Assembly (NCBI RefSeq): GCF_004010195.1
Contig: NW_025213622.1
Span: forward strand, 1 to 34,585
DNA from: Chiloscyllium plagiosum
Lineage: Eukaryota
DNA: 34,585 nucleotides
Direction: 5' to 3'
A program made the position numbers and the translations under genes. Positions 11,787 through 22,973 of this stretch are shown one piece after another (the first letter of the stretch is position 1; each line of letters starts with the position of its first letter). The notes under the pieces were generated by a model, which saw nothing but the letters and a program-made list of their open reading frames with translations, searched no databases and was not told the DNA's origin.

Positions 11787-12595
11787 TTAGAGCCATAGAG
11801 TCATAGAGATGTACAGCATAGAAACAAACCCTTTGGTCCAACTTGTCCATGCCGACCAGATATCCCAAGCTAATCAGGTCCCACCTGCCAGTGCCCGGCC
11901 CATATCCCTCCAAACCCTTTCTCTTCATATACCCATCCAGATGCTTTTTAAATGTTGCAATTGTACCAGCCTCCACCACTTCCTCTGGGAGCTCATTCCA
12001 TGCACACACCACCCTCTGTGTGAAAAAGTTGCCCCGTAGGTCCCTTTTAAATCTTTCCCCTCTCACCCTAAACCTCTGCCCTCTAGTTCTGGACTCTGCC
12101 ACCCCAGGGAAAAGCCCTTGTCTATTTATCCGACCCATGCCCTTCATAATTTTATAAACCTCTATAAGGTCACCTCTCAGCCTCCGATGCTCCAGGGAAA
12201 ACAGCCCCAGCCTGTTCAGCCTCTCCCTGTAGCTCAAATCCTCCAACCCTGGCAACATCCTTGTAAATCTTTTCTGAACCCTTTTAGGTTTTAAAACACC
12301 CTTCCAAGAGGAAGGAGACCAGAATTGCACTCAAAATTCCAAAAGTGGCCTAACCAGTGTCCTGTACAACCGCAACATGACCTCCCAACTCCTGTACTCA
12401 ATACTCTGACCAATAAAGGAAAGCATACCACCTCCAATTTTGGTGTCATCTGCAAACTTACTAACTGTACCTCTTATGCTCACATCCAAATCGTTTATAT
12501 AAATGATGAAAAGTAGTGGACCCAGCACCGATCCTTGTGGCACTCCAGTGGTCACAGGCTTCCAGTCTGAAAAACAACCCTCCACCACCACCCTC
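11787..12595 (-). mobile_element. CR1 LINE 3' fragment with an internal deletion near 12430
   Basis: ORFs 11746..12330 and 12331..12711 ([20 protein letters not shown] joined directly to [11 protein letters not shown]); (CTATGACT)n-like tail. Confidence 0.92.
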
Positions 12596-12785
12596 AAGTT
12601 AGGATTCCAGGAAGAGAAATAGAGGTAGGAGAGTAAGCTTGCAGGAAAACATACAAACTGATAATAAAAGCTTTTGTAGGTATGTGAAGACAAAAGGATT
12701 CGTAAAGACAAAAACCGAAACAGGGGAATTTATAATGGGGAACATAGAGTTAGTAGACTAATTAAATTCATAAATTCATACCCTT

Positions 12786-12910
12786 TAAAGGTCACTGGAG
12801 TTTATAAGTTAACACTGCTTTTCTCTTCACAGATGCTGCCAGCCCTACTGAATTTCTCCAGCAATTCTTGTTCATTTCAGATTTCCAGCATTTGCAGTTT
12901 TTTGTTTTAT
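12786..12910 (+). mobile_element. Penelope-pLTR-derived short element, degenerate
   Basis: cacagatgctgccagccctactgaatttctccagcaatt...atttccagcatttgcagt is the same family as 7020-7252. Confidence 0.65.
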
Positions 12911-14085
12911 TGCAATTAAATGCATACTTTAGTTCTGTCTTCACATAGGAAGACAAATAATATCCCAAAAGTCGGAAAACACAGGGTCTAATGACAAGGA
13001 GGAATTGAATGAAATTAGTATCAGAAGGGAAGTGGTACTGGGGAAACAAATATGATTAAAGACAGATAAATCCCCAAAGCCTGATACCCCATCATTCCAG
13101 AGTTCTTAAGAAAGTAGCCCAAGAAATAACATTAGCTAGTGGTCATCTTCCAAAATTCTATGGCTTCGATAACAGTTCCTACAGATTGGAGAGCAGGTAA
13201 TGTAACCCTGACATGTAAAGAGAAAGACTGGTCAGTTTGATATCATACTGAGCAAAAGCGAGAGTCCATTACAAATGATGTAAAAGCATTGTACTTGGAA
13301 GCTAGCAACAGGATCAGACACTGTCATATGGATTTACAAAGAGGAAGTCATGCTTGACACATCTACTGAAACCTTCTCGAGGATGTAACTAGTGGAGTGA
13401 ATAAGGGGAAGACAGTGGATGTGGCTTATTTAGATTTCTAGAAGGCTTTCAACTGGGTCCCACATACAAGATTGGTGTAAAATCCAAGTGCATAGGATTG
13501 GGGGTGAAGTGCTGTCATGAACAGAAAACTGATTGGCAGATAGGAAACAAAAAATAGGAATAAGTGGGTCTTTTTCTGAATGGCAGGCTGGGATGAGTGA
13601 GTACTGCAGGGAGCAGTGTTGGGACTTCAGCTATTCACAATATAAGGTAGTGATTTAGATGAGGAAACTATGTGCTATGTCTCCAAGGGAGGGTGAGTTG
13701 TGAGGAGGATGCAGGGATGCTCAGTGTGATTGGGACAGGCTGAGGGAGTGGGTAAATACATGGCAGATACACAGCAGATGTGAGGTTATCCACTTGGGAA
13801 GCAAAAACAGGAAGGCAAATTATTATTTGAATGGCAATAGATTGGAAAAGCAGGAGGTGTAATGAGACTTGGGTGCCCTCATATACCAGTCATTGAAAGT
13901 AAACATGGGGGTGCAGCAGGCAGTGACGAAGGCAAATGTATGTTGTCCTCCATAGTGAAACAATTGAAGTTCAGGAGCAAGGGTGTCTTGTTGCAAATGT
14001 ACAGGGCCTTGGGGAGACCACACCTGGAGTACAGGCTTGGTCTCTTTATCTGAGGAAAAATGTTCTAGGTGTGGAGGGAGTGCAA

Positions 14086-14830
14086 AGACTGATAATTAAT
14101 ACACACAACAAGCAGCAAGGGACCCAGCACTGAACTCTGTGGTACGCTACTGGATACAAGCTTCCAATCATAAAACCATTCTTTCACCAACTTGACTCTT
14201 AGCTTCCTAACCAGCCTGCAATGTGGGACCTTGTCAATAGCCTTCCTGAGGTCCATGTAGACTATATCAACAGTACTATCTTTATCTACATACCTAGTCA
14301 TCACCTCAAAACATCCAATTAAAATCTGTTATACACTATCCTGCCCTTACAAAGCCATATCCTCGATTAATCTAACTGGAGATTAGTTGCTTCTCCCAGA
14401 TGTCTTTCCTATAGTTTCCCGACTGACTCCCCGGCCTATAGTTTCCAGATTTATTCCTCCCACTCTTCATGAATAGCGATACCACTCGAGCTGTCCTCCA
14501 GTTCTCTGGCATCCCTCCTGTGGCCAGACAGGATTTGAAAATGAATTTCAGGGCTCCCGCAATCCACTCCCACAATAGTCTGAGGTACATCTCATCTGGC
14601 TCTGGGTACTTATCCACTTTGAAGCTTGCTAAAACCATTAACACCTCCTCCCTCTCAATATTAATTTATTACAGCATATCACACACCTCTCCCTGAGTTC
14701 TGTACTTGGATTATCCTTCTCTATCGGGAATGCAGACACAAAATTCTAATTTAAAATCTCCCGGTGTTCCACACACGGACTGCTACTTGGTCCCTAATGG
14801 ATTTTGGCATTCTTTCCTTAGTTATTTCAG
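14086..14830 (-). mobile_element. CR1 ORF2 relic with deletions
   Basis: VDKYPEPDEMYLRLL...MPENWRTARVVSLFMKSGRNKSGNYRP; VDIVYMDLRKAIDKVPH; VPQSSVLGPLL. Confidence 0.85.
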
Positions 14831-15154
14831 TGTTATTTCATGCCCCTCTTCACTCTTCTAATTTATCTATTAAGCAATCCCCTATACTTTCTTTACTTCT
14901 TGAGGACTTCTGTTTCTCTGAGTCCTTCAGTATTTGCTATTTGTGTGGATAGTCCAGCCAAACCAGCCCACATACAAAGAAAGTCTTTCTCCCACTTGTG
15001 TGTGATGAAGTCATTGAAAAATTCCCAGTAGCTCATTACTGTCCCTTGCCTTTCCTCTGTGAGCTGCACTCTCTGTAAATCCTCTGTAAAGGGAAATCCA
15101 GCTTGAGTGACAGTGAACAGATGAATCCTCAACCAATGACTAAAACACAGAAGA

Positions 15155-15250
15155 AAGGTCACTAGGCTCGAAGCGTTAGCTCTGATTTCTTTTCACAGAT
15201 GCTGCCAGACCTGCTGTGCTTTTCCAGCAACTTTTGTTTTGTTTGTGATT
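15155..15250 (+). mobile_element. Penelope-pLTR-derived short element with a mutated hammerhead
   Basis: cagaaga aaggtcactaggctc gaag cgtt, followed by cacagatgctgccagacctgctgtgcttttccagcaa. Confidence 0.65.
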
Positions 15251-15774
15251 GAAACACAGAGTTGGTGTAGATTCAGAAGAAACCAAAAGGAACCAATAGA
15301 GAATAATCTGTAGTTGCCTGTGGTCTGAAGTGGTGCTATTGAACTGTGTTTCTCTTTTGATTTTTTTCAAACCAGAAAAAAACATATATGTCTGTCTGTA
15401 GATATGAATGGGAATGTTTAACAGGGATACATGTTAAATTATACTGTTATAAATTAGCAATTCAATTTGTCTCTTTTGTCACTTGTTAAGAAGTTTGATT
15501 ACTATAAACAGTTGTTTGCTTCTAAAACAGAAAAAAAATTGGTATGCATGTTATTTATCCCTGAAAATTTGGTAAAATTGGCCAATTTGTGATTTAATCA
15601 CATTTTCATATTGTGATAGCTCTGGGAAAACTGGGATTGATTTCCCACATGCTCCCCAGGGAAGCCTGACATTTTAATATCAGAGGACAACCTCACAACT
15701 CCCTCCAAATATTCACCTCAATATACACCTAATATACCCTGATATATCAATATACCCTGCTGCACAACCCTGCC

Positions 15775-16167
15775 AACCCACACATACACACAGACACACA
15801 CAGACACTCCATACAAACAGCTCATACACACAAAAATGCACACACATACAGACACACCCACACGTACACACGTACAAACACACATACACAAACATGCATA
15901 CACACCCCATGCACACAGCTCCACAAACATAGACATAGACACATGCACACACAGACACGCATGCACCCATACACCCGTGCAAGCAGCTCCACACACACAC
16001 AGCCACACACAAAAACACACTAACATACACACATACACACACATGCATGCAAACACACACAAACACAGACACACACTTATGCACACAGACACACACACAC
16101 AGAGGCACATACACAGATGCAGACACACAGAGAAACGCGCACACATACACACACACACACAAAACAC
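15775..16167. repeat. Degenerate (CA)n microsatellite field
   Basis: About 390 bp of interrupted CA repeats; source of the spurious Cys/Val and His/Thr ORFs. Confidence 0.95.
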
Positions 16168-16179
16168 TTCCATCGGAAA

Positions 16180-16375
16180 TGAAATCAAAATAGGCAGCTA
16201 CTAGAAATTAGAAATGCCACTAAAACACAAATCAGGCAGCTTCTGTGGAGAGAAACTGTTTAATGTTTTAAGTCAATGGCCTTTCATCAGAACTGAGCCA
16301 GTCATTAATCGGAAACGTTACCTGTTTCATCCCTAAAAGCTGACAGACTTGCTGATTGTTTCAGCATTTGCTGAC
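16180..16375. mobile_element. Old palindromic Penelope-pLTR-derived element
   Basis: Minus strand reads agtt CTGATGA aaggcc att gactt AAAA catt (GAAA lost). A degenerate forward arm follows (ggaaacgtta...gacagacttgctga). Confidence 0.55.
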
Positions 16376-16865
16376 CTTGTACAACAAAGCACTGACTCTA
16401 AGTGGGCTTTCCCAGTGGGTAGTGAGAGATTTCGGATTGACCCAGTATTCGCCTGATCTCAAACACCATGAAACACTCACAAAGCTCAACCTCAGCTCAG
16501 AGCAGCAGAGACTTCAAATGAACATGAGAATTAGGTGCAGGAATGGCCATGCTGATGATCAATAGAATCATGTCAGACCCTATACCTCCTGCACTGTTGC
16601 CGATGTAAAGACTGTCTTTTTACATTATCTGGATATTTAATGGTGGACTGAAATAAGAAAAGGAATGTCTTAAAAGCCAAGGATTTTGGATGGAATTGCT
16701 GCATTTTTAAGAAACAAGAAACTGAAACTCTCTGCAAGTTGTGTTTGCACTGCTGCTTTGTTCAAACAGATGGGAAGGGCTGGTTACTGATAGGCTGGCA
16801 CCACAAGGTGTGCACAAAGTGAGGTTTGGCTGACAACCAGTAGCTGATTGGTCCATTGAATTATG

Positions 16866-17089
16866 TTTGTTGAAACTTTATTGCTGGAACAGCACAGCAG
16901 GTCAGGCAGCATCCAGGGAACAGGAGATTCGACGTTTCGGGCACAGGCCCTTCTTCAGGAATGAGCAGAGAAAGGCCTGTGCCCGAAACGTCGAATCTCC
17001 TGTTCCCTGGATGCTGCCTGACCTGCTGTGCTGTTCCAGCAATAAAGTTTCAACTTTGATCTCCAGCATCTGCAGACCTCACTTTCTCC
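16866..17089. mobile_element. Young 224-bp non-autonomous Penelope-pLTR-derived fold-back element with a 13-bp TSD
   Basis: Perfect 81-bp inverted repeat at 16869-16949 / 16974-17054. Flanking direct repeat CCATTGAATTATG at 16853-16865 and 17090-17102. Sequence is homologous to the Penelope 3' end at 25470-25597. Confidence 0.9.
16927..16962 (-). ncRNA. Minimal type I hammerhead ribozyme motif (intact core)
   Basis: AUUC-CUGAAGA-A-GGGC-cugu-GCCC-GAAA-C-GUC-GAAU: 4-bp stem I, 4-bp stem II, palindromic ACGU in place of stem III, GUC cleavage triplet. Confidence 0.8.
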
Positions 17090-17280
17090 CCATTGAATTA
17101 TGACCAACTGTGGATAACAAAAACCATCATCTCACCAACAACAATGTGATTAAACCCTGGGATCGGAACACTTTGTACTTGTGTGTAATACTGCCGGAAG
17201 GGGAGGTAGTGTGTCTGTTTGCAGTTTTAAAAAAACCTGGAACCTGGAGAAAGCCGGTTATCTTATCCCCCAGTTAATGT

Positions 17281-17501
17281 TGTTGTGCTTGGAACGAGGT
17301 CAGCTAGGTGGAGCTAATAGAATATGGGTTCCCTGATTGAGGATGTTAACCTGGTCCAATCTGGGAGCCCTGGCTGACAGACATAAACAGGAGTGTCAGG
17401 AGAGCTGGCTCTGTGCTAGCTGGGTGACTGCCATGTACTATCCACATATAAATAAAAAGGTGACCTTCTAATGGTATACAGGACTTTATTGAGTTATTTC
17501 A
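17281..17501 (+). mobile_element. Solo LTR of the same Gypsy family as 21023-29521
   Basis: TG...CA termini; shares agaatatgggttccctgattg, ctggtccaatc, aaacaggagtgtcag and gagttatttca with the paired LTRs. Flanks aatgt/ggtgt are at best a degenerate TSD. Confidence 0.85.
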
Positions 17502-17899
17502 GGTGTAAGCTGTTGCTTCTAACTAGTAAGTCAGAGACTTTATAAATCACAAACCAGTAGCTCAAGGAAGTGAAAGGTGTCTAGAGGAGAAAGATTGGAG
17601 AACAGCAAGTGCAAACTTCAGATAGGACAGCAAACTGTCTTGCCTGGTCTCCTCTCCCTCCAACCATAACACCAATGTTCTTCTATCTGTACTTGTCTAT
17701 AGGAGAATTTTTTAAGGGGGTCAGAGTTCTAACTGGTAGTCTTATATATCACCATTTCATGTTCACCTGTAGCTAAGATCTATTTATCAGTAATAGTCAG
17801 ATTCTTAATTCCAATCTGGATTAAAATTCAAATTTCACCAATTACCATGATGGGATTTGAGCCCATGTTCCAGAAGAGTCTGAGGTTTTAAATCACCAC

Positions 17900-18430
17900 A
17901 GATTTTAGATCACCAGGCCAGTGTTATTAATGAAGAAATTCTCCTCATCTCAGTCCAAAATGGCCTTCCTCTTACCTTAAGTCTGTTTCCCCTATTCTAG
18001 ACACTCAGCCAGAGGGAATCATCCTGCCTGCATCCGTTCTGTCGAGCCCTGTTGACTATCGTATGCTTCAATGATCTCACCTCCGATTCTTCGAAACTCT
18101 GGAGAATACAGGTTCCTGAATTCCTCCCCAAAGAGAATTTTGTCTTTCCAGGAATCAGTCTGGTGAACCTCCATGCTAGATACCTCTTAAACAGGTAGAC
18201 TAAAGCTGCAGGGACAAAGTGAGCACTGCAGATGCTAGAGATCAGAGTCGAGAGTGTGGTGCTGGAAAAGCACAGCAGATCAGGCAGCATCCGAGGAGCA
18301 GGAAAATTGACGTTTCGGGCATAAACCCTTCATTAGGACTATAGCTGCACACAATACTCCAGGTGGGGTCTCAGCATAATTCCTTGTTCCTGTACTCAAA
18401 CCCTTGTGCAATGAAGCCCAATTTACTAAT
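17900..18430 (-). mobile_element. Old CR1 relic hosting a short insertion
   Basis: WRFTRLIPG motif, and a RPHLEYCVQ-like sequence at ~18345-18370. Confidence 0.65.
18211..18336 (-). mobile_element. Penelope-pLTR-derived short element with an inactivated hammerhead and probable 13-bp TSD
   Basis: Minus strand: CTAATGA AGGGT ttat GCCC GAAAC GTC (core G5 changed to A). Flanks are gactaaagctgca (18198-18210) and gactatagctgca (18337-18349). Confidence 0.8.
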
Positions 18431-18439
18431 TTTAACAAC

Positions 18440-19362
18440 TGAGAAGTAGACACTGAAGAAGGTTATCTCAAAGTACAACGGGATCACGATCAGATGGGCC
18501 AATGAACTGAGGAGTGGCGGATGGAGTTTAATTTAGATAAGTGTGAGGTACTGCATTTAGAAAGGCAAATCAGGGCAGGACTTACACACTTAATGGTAAG
18601 GTTCTGGGGAGCATTTCTGAACAAAGAGACCTTGAAGTGCAGTTTCATTGTTGCTTGAATGTGGAGCCACAGGTAGATAGGATAGTGAAGAAGGCATGTG
18701 GTATGCTTTCCTTTATTGGTCAGTGCATTCAGTATAGGAGTTGGGATGTCATATGGCGGCTGTACAGGATATTGGTTAGGCCAATAGTGTAAGTCTAGTC
18801 GCCCTGCTATAGGAAAGATGTAGTGAAACTTGAAAGGATTTAGAAAAGATTAATGTTGTTTTGAGTTGAGATATGGAATTGAGAAGAGTCACTGATCACT
18901 AATGATGTTTGGAGGTGCACAAAGTCAGCTTGTTGCCAGGGTTGAGCTATAAGGAGAGGCTGAATAGGCTGGGGCTGTTTTCCCTGGAGGGTCAGAGGCT
19001 GACGGGTATACTTAGAGCTTTATAAAATCATGAGGGACATAGACAGGGTAAATAGACAAAGTCTTTTCCCTGGAGTAGGTGTGTCCAAAACTAGAGGGCA
19101 TAGATTTAAGGTGAGAGGGGAAAGATATAAAAGGAACCTAAGGGGCAATGTTTTCACACAAAGGGAGGTTGTGTACGGAATAAGCTGCCAGAGGAAGTGG
19201 TGGAGGCTGGTACAATTGCAGCATTTAAAAGGTTAAATGGGTATATGAATAGGAAGGGTTTAGATGGATTATGCCACAAATGGGACTAGATTTATATTGG
19301 CTATCTGGTCAACATGGACAAATTGGACCAAAGGGTCTGTTTCTGTGCTGTACACCTCTCTG
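18440..19362 (+). mobile_element. CR1 LINE 3' fragment
   Basis: MEFNLDKCEVLH; MRDIDRVNRQSLFPGVGVSKTRGHRFKVRGERY; 3'UTR ggaccaaagggtctgtttctgtgctgtac. Confidence 0.9.
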
Positions 19363-20379
19363 AATGAGACCTGGTTAACAGAATCTGACAATAAATAAAA
19401 TGTCAGTTGGAAGGAGTCAGTGCAAAAGGAAAAACTGTAAAAGATCCAATCGGCTCTTGTGTCGGTTTAAGTGAATCAAATTTTAATGTTTTAATTGCTA
19501 ACATTGGCCTTTCAAACATTAGACAGTTAAATGATAATGAGCTGTCTTTATGCACCTCCAAACATCATTAGTGATCAGTGACTCTCCTCAATTTCACATC
19601 TCCTACCTCAAAAACAAAATCTCCAAACACACCAGGCTGATTTTTCATAGACAATAGATTAAGTGGATGAGAAGCCTGAGGGAATATTCACTTTAATGGA
19701 TGACAAATCTCTCTAATGCATGTCGCTGTGGAATAGACCAGTGTGAGTGGAGGGATGATTCTATGCAAATACCATTAACGCTCTCGGTGCTGGTACAGGC
19801 TCGAACAACAAGAGCTGCACGCTAGTGGGACCAGGGCTGAGTGTTTATAATTGAGCTGGCAGTTTCTGGTTGATTGGAATGCAGGTCTGTGATTACATAG
19901 GCTAGACTGAGGGAACTAGATAAGGCCCATGAACAGAGAGTTGTTGTTATTGTAGCAAAAACACTGAATGTCAAGAACGTATACAGAGCAAGAGAAAGAG
20001 AGAGAGAGAGTAAACAAGGGAAATGGGGCTGGGGGCATGTCAGGCATTGGGGGGAAAGAATGGGAGAATTTTCAGGGCCAAATGTGATTAGGTTTATCTG
20101 ATTCTTGATTTCTTTTCAACACTGCTTTAGGTGGAATCCAGTGTTTGGACGCCATGAGGGGAGCAAGGACCAATCCCTGGGGAAGCATCAGATCAATCCA
20201 TAGGTGGGGAGAGAGGGGAAGGTCACCAGAAAAGCCACTGAAGTACTTACTTCCTTTTGAAATGGCCAGTGCCCTGATGAGTAATGGGCTCCTGGTCATT
20301 AACACTGGTGAGGGAGAAGAGGGTCTTCCTCATGTTCGCCTCTCCCCGCACCCTCACACCTCTTACCCAAAATGTTAAA

Positions 20380-21022
20380 GCTGTGTTCCCTCGTTCTTAT
20401 TCCATTAGCCAATAGGAACAGCTTTTCTATCTTGTATAAACCACTGAATCACAGAATTGTTACGGCATAGAAGGAGGCCATTTGATCCATTGTGTCTGCG
20501 CTAGTGCTGTTACCCACTGCCACTCTCCTGCCTTTTCCCTATATCGCTCCACACAGTTTCTATCCAAATAGCCCTTGAGTGCCTCACCTGAATGTGTCTC
20601 CATCACATTACCAGGCAGTATGTTCCATCTCCTAATTACTCACTGTATGAAAAGCAGTTTTCTCCCATCTCCCTTCCTTCACTTGCAGATCACTTTAAAT
20701 GTACCTTCTCTTGTTCCTGTTCCTTTACTGGGCAAGAACAGCTTCTCTCTCTCTGCCGTGTCAACTCACTCAGGATTTTGAAAAACCTCGAAAAAATCTC
20801 TTCCCAGCCTCCTTCTTTCGAAGGAGAACAGTTCCATCTTCTTCAATCTATCCTGATAACTGAAGTTTATCATCCCTGGAATCATTCTTCTGAATTTCTT
20901 CTGCACTTTCTCAAATGCATTCACATCTTTCCTATAATGTGACACCCACAGCTATATATAATCCTAACTAGAGCTTTATAAATGTTCAGAGTGACTTCTC
21001 TGCTCTTGTATTCAATGCCTCG
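20380..21022 (-). mobile_element. Old CR1 relic, target of the Gypsy insertion (resumes at 29522)
   Basis: RGIEYKSREVTLNIYKALVR on the minus strand abuts the 5' LTR. Confidence 0.7.
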
Positions 21023-22130
21023 TGCAGTGATTGTAATGAGGTCAGACAAGTGGACATTACAGAATATGCGTTCCCTGTTTGGGGCTCTTAATCTGGTCCA
21101 ATCAGGGAGTCCTGGCTGGCGGATAAGAACAGGCGTGTCAGTGATTCTGTTCACTCTGAGAGCTGGCTCTGCAGGAGCTGGATCAGTGTCAAGGACTCTC
21201 CATGTGTCAAAGGCTGACTTGTAAATGGGATACCAGCCCCTGTGGAGTTATTTCAGTGGTGACATGAGAAAAGCATGTTCTTAAAGACATTTGCTCGCAG
21301 CAGTCTACTTTGAGTCGGGGTAAGCATTTCTGACATCATACCATTATTTGGAAAGCTTGACTCACTCAATCTTGCCATCAAAGACTCAGCCCAGTACGTC
21401 AACAGAACGTGTTATGTTTTCTGGGCAAATGACTTTGGGACAGTTAGAAAGCAACAAGTAATTCTCCTGACAGCTTTTTCACTCATTAAGAGCCTAAATA
21501 GGTGCCTAACTTTCCCTGAGGCACCACATACTAAAAGCTTTAAAGAGATGATGTATTCCATCAAGGAATATTACAACCCCAAGCCTCCTTTAATGCTGAG
21601 ATATTTATCAGTTTTACTTAGCAATATGAGAAGCAGAGGAATCCGTACTGGGATTTTGATGAGGTCAAGGCGACTGGCAGAGGCTCCTAAATAGGCTCCG
21701 AATAATCAAAAAAGCTCAGGGTCCACAAGCTGTCAGGGGAATTTCATCTGCCCCAATGTCATTACAGATTAATGGTACAACTTAGGTTCCAGTCTCTTAT
21801 GAGAAGCAGCTGGTTCAGTTAGCACTGATTGTAGTAAAAGGCTCAGGCCCAAGCTTGATGGGGTGAAATCTGTTGAGAGAGAATTACCTTGATTGGCTCA
21901 ACATTTTTTGCTTAGAAAATGGCTGCCTGAGTCAAGTCCTAACTAAACATGTGGATGTTTTTTAGGAAGGTCTAGGGACTATCACAGGAGCGAAGGCCAC
22001 CTTGCACGTTGAACAGGAAGCAGTTCCACAATTCTGCATGACCAACCCAGTGCCATCGGCTCGACAATTAAACTAGAGACAGAAATCAGAAGCTGGATAG
22101 TGAAGGAGTCATTAAACCAATCCAGTTTCG

Positions 22131-22622
22131 GAATGGGCAGGACCGGCCGTACCGACTGTGAATGGCCAGGACCGGCCGTACCGACTGTGAATGGCCAGGA
22201 CCGGCCGTACTGACTGTGAATGGCCAGGACCGGCCGTACTGACTGTGAATGGCAGGACCGGCCGTACTGACTGTGAATGGGCAGGACCGGCCGTACCGAC
22301 TGTGAATGGCCAGGACCAGCCGTACTGACTGTGAATGGCCAGGACCGGCCGTACTGACTGTGAATGGGCAGGACCGGCCGTACTGACTGTGAATGGGCAG
22401 GACCGGCTGCACCGACTGTGAATGGGCAGGACCGGCCGTACCGACTGTGAATGGCCAGGACCGGCCGTACCGACTGTGAATGGGCAGGACCGGCCGTACT
22501 GACTGTGAATGGGCAGGACCGGCCATACCGACTGTGAATGGGCAGGACCGGCCGTACTGACTGTGAATGGGCAGGACCGGCCGTACTGACTGTGAATGGG
22601 CAGGACTGGCCGTACCGACTGT
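22131..22622 (+). repeat. Minisatellite, 17 x 29 bp (GAATGGSCAGGACCGGCCGTACYGACTGT)
   Basis: Seventeen head-to-tail units counted (one is 28 bp), with no spacers. Confidence 0.97.
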
Positions 22623-22874
22623 GATGCACAATGGGACAGTTTGCCTTTGGGGGGATTTTAATCAAGCAGTAAACCACTTGTCACAGCTGGATAAATACCC
22701 AATCCCTCACCTGGAGGATTTATACACAGAGCTGGTAGGAAGGCTGTCCTTCACCGAGCTGGACATGAGCCAGGTTTGCCTGCAATTACGGTTAGCCGAG
22801 GAATCCCTGAAGTGGACTACAATTAATACTTATAAGGGTTTGTACCAATGTACAAGACTGTAATTTGCGGTACC

Positions 22875-22973
22875 ATTGTAATGAGGTCAGACATTACCTG
22901 ATTGGGGCTCTTAATCTGGTCCAATCAGGGAGTCTTGGCTGGCAGATAAGAACAGGAATGTCAGACATCCTGT
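22875..22973 (+). mobile_element. Partial LTR copy inserted inside the Gypsy RT
   Basis: attgtaatgaggtcagaca...ggggctcttaatctggtccaatcagggagtc...ataagaacagg matches 21030-21150 with two small deletions. Confidence 0.9.

Larger units (their letters stand above)
11090..14080 (+). mobile_element. Old CR1 ORF2 relic interrupted by a younger CR1 and a Penelope-derived short element
   Basis: APE motifs ESDWVELRNTKG and QYVEQPTREKAILDW; RT motif VDVAYLDF*KAF (~13415-13450); LLQMYRALGRPHLEY. Confidence 0.8.

Noticed and set aside
14893..15162. 89-aa minus-strand ORF as a host exon
   Set aside because: No recognisable homology, no convincing splice signals, and no match to downstream NRG3 sequence.
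15713..16204. Cys/Val-rich and His/Thr-rich ORFs
   Set aside because: They are translations of a (CA)n microsatellite.
22131..22622. CRISPR-like array of 29-bp repeats
   Set aside because: The units are contiguous with no unique spacers, there are no cas genes, the context is vertebrate, and the unit derives from Gypsy RT.
21982..22677. 231-aa and 181-aa repetitive minus-strand ORFs
   Set aside because: They result from the stop-free reverse strand of the minisatellite.
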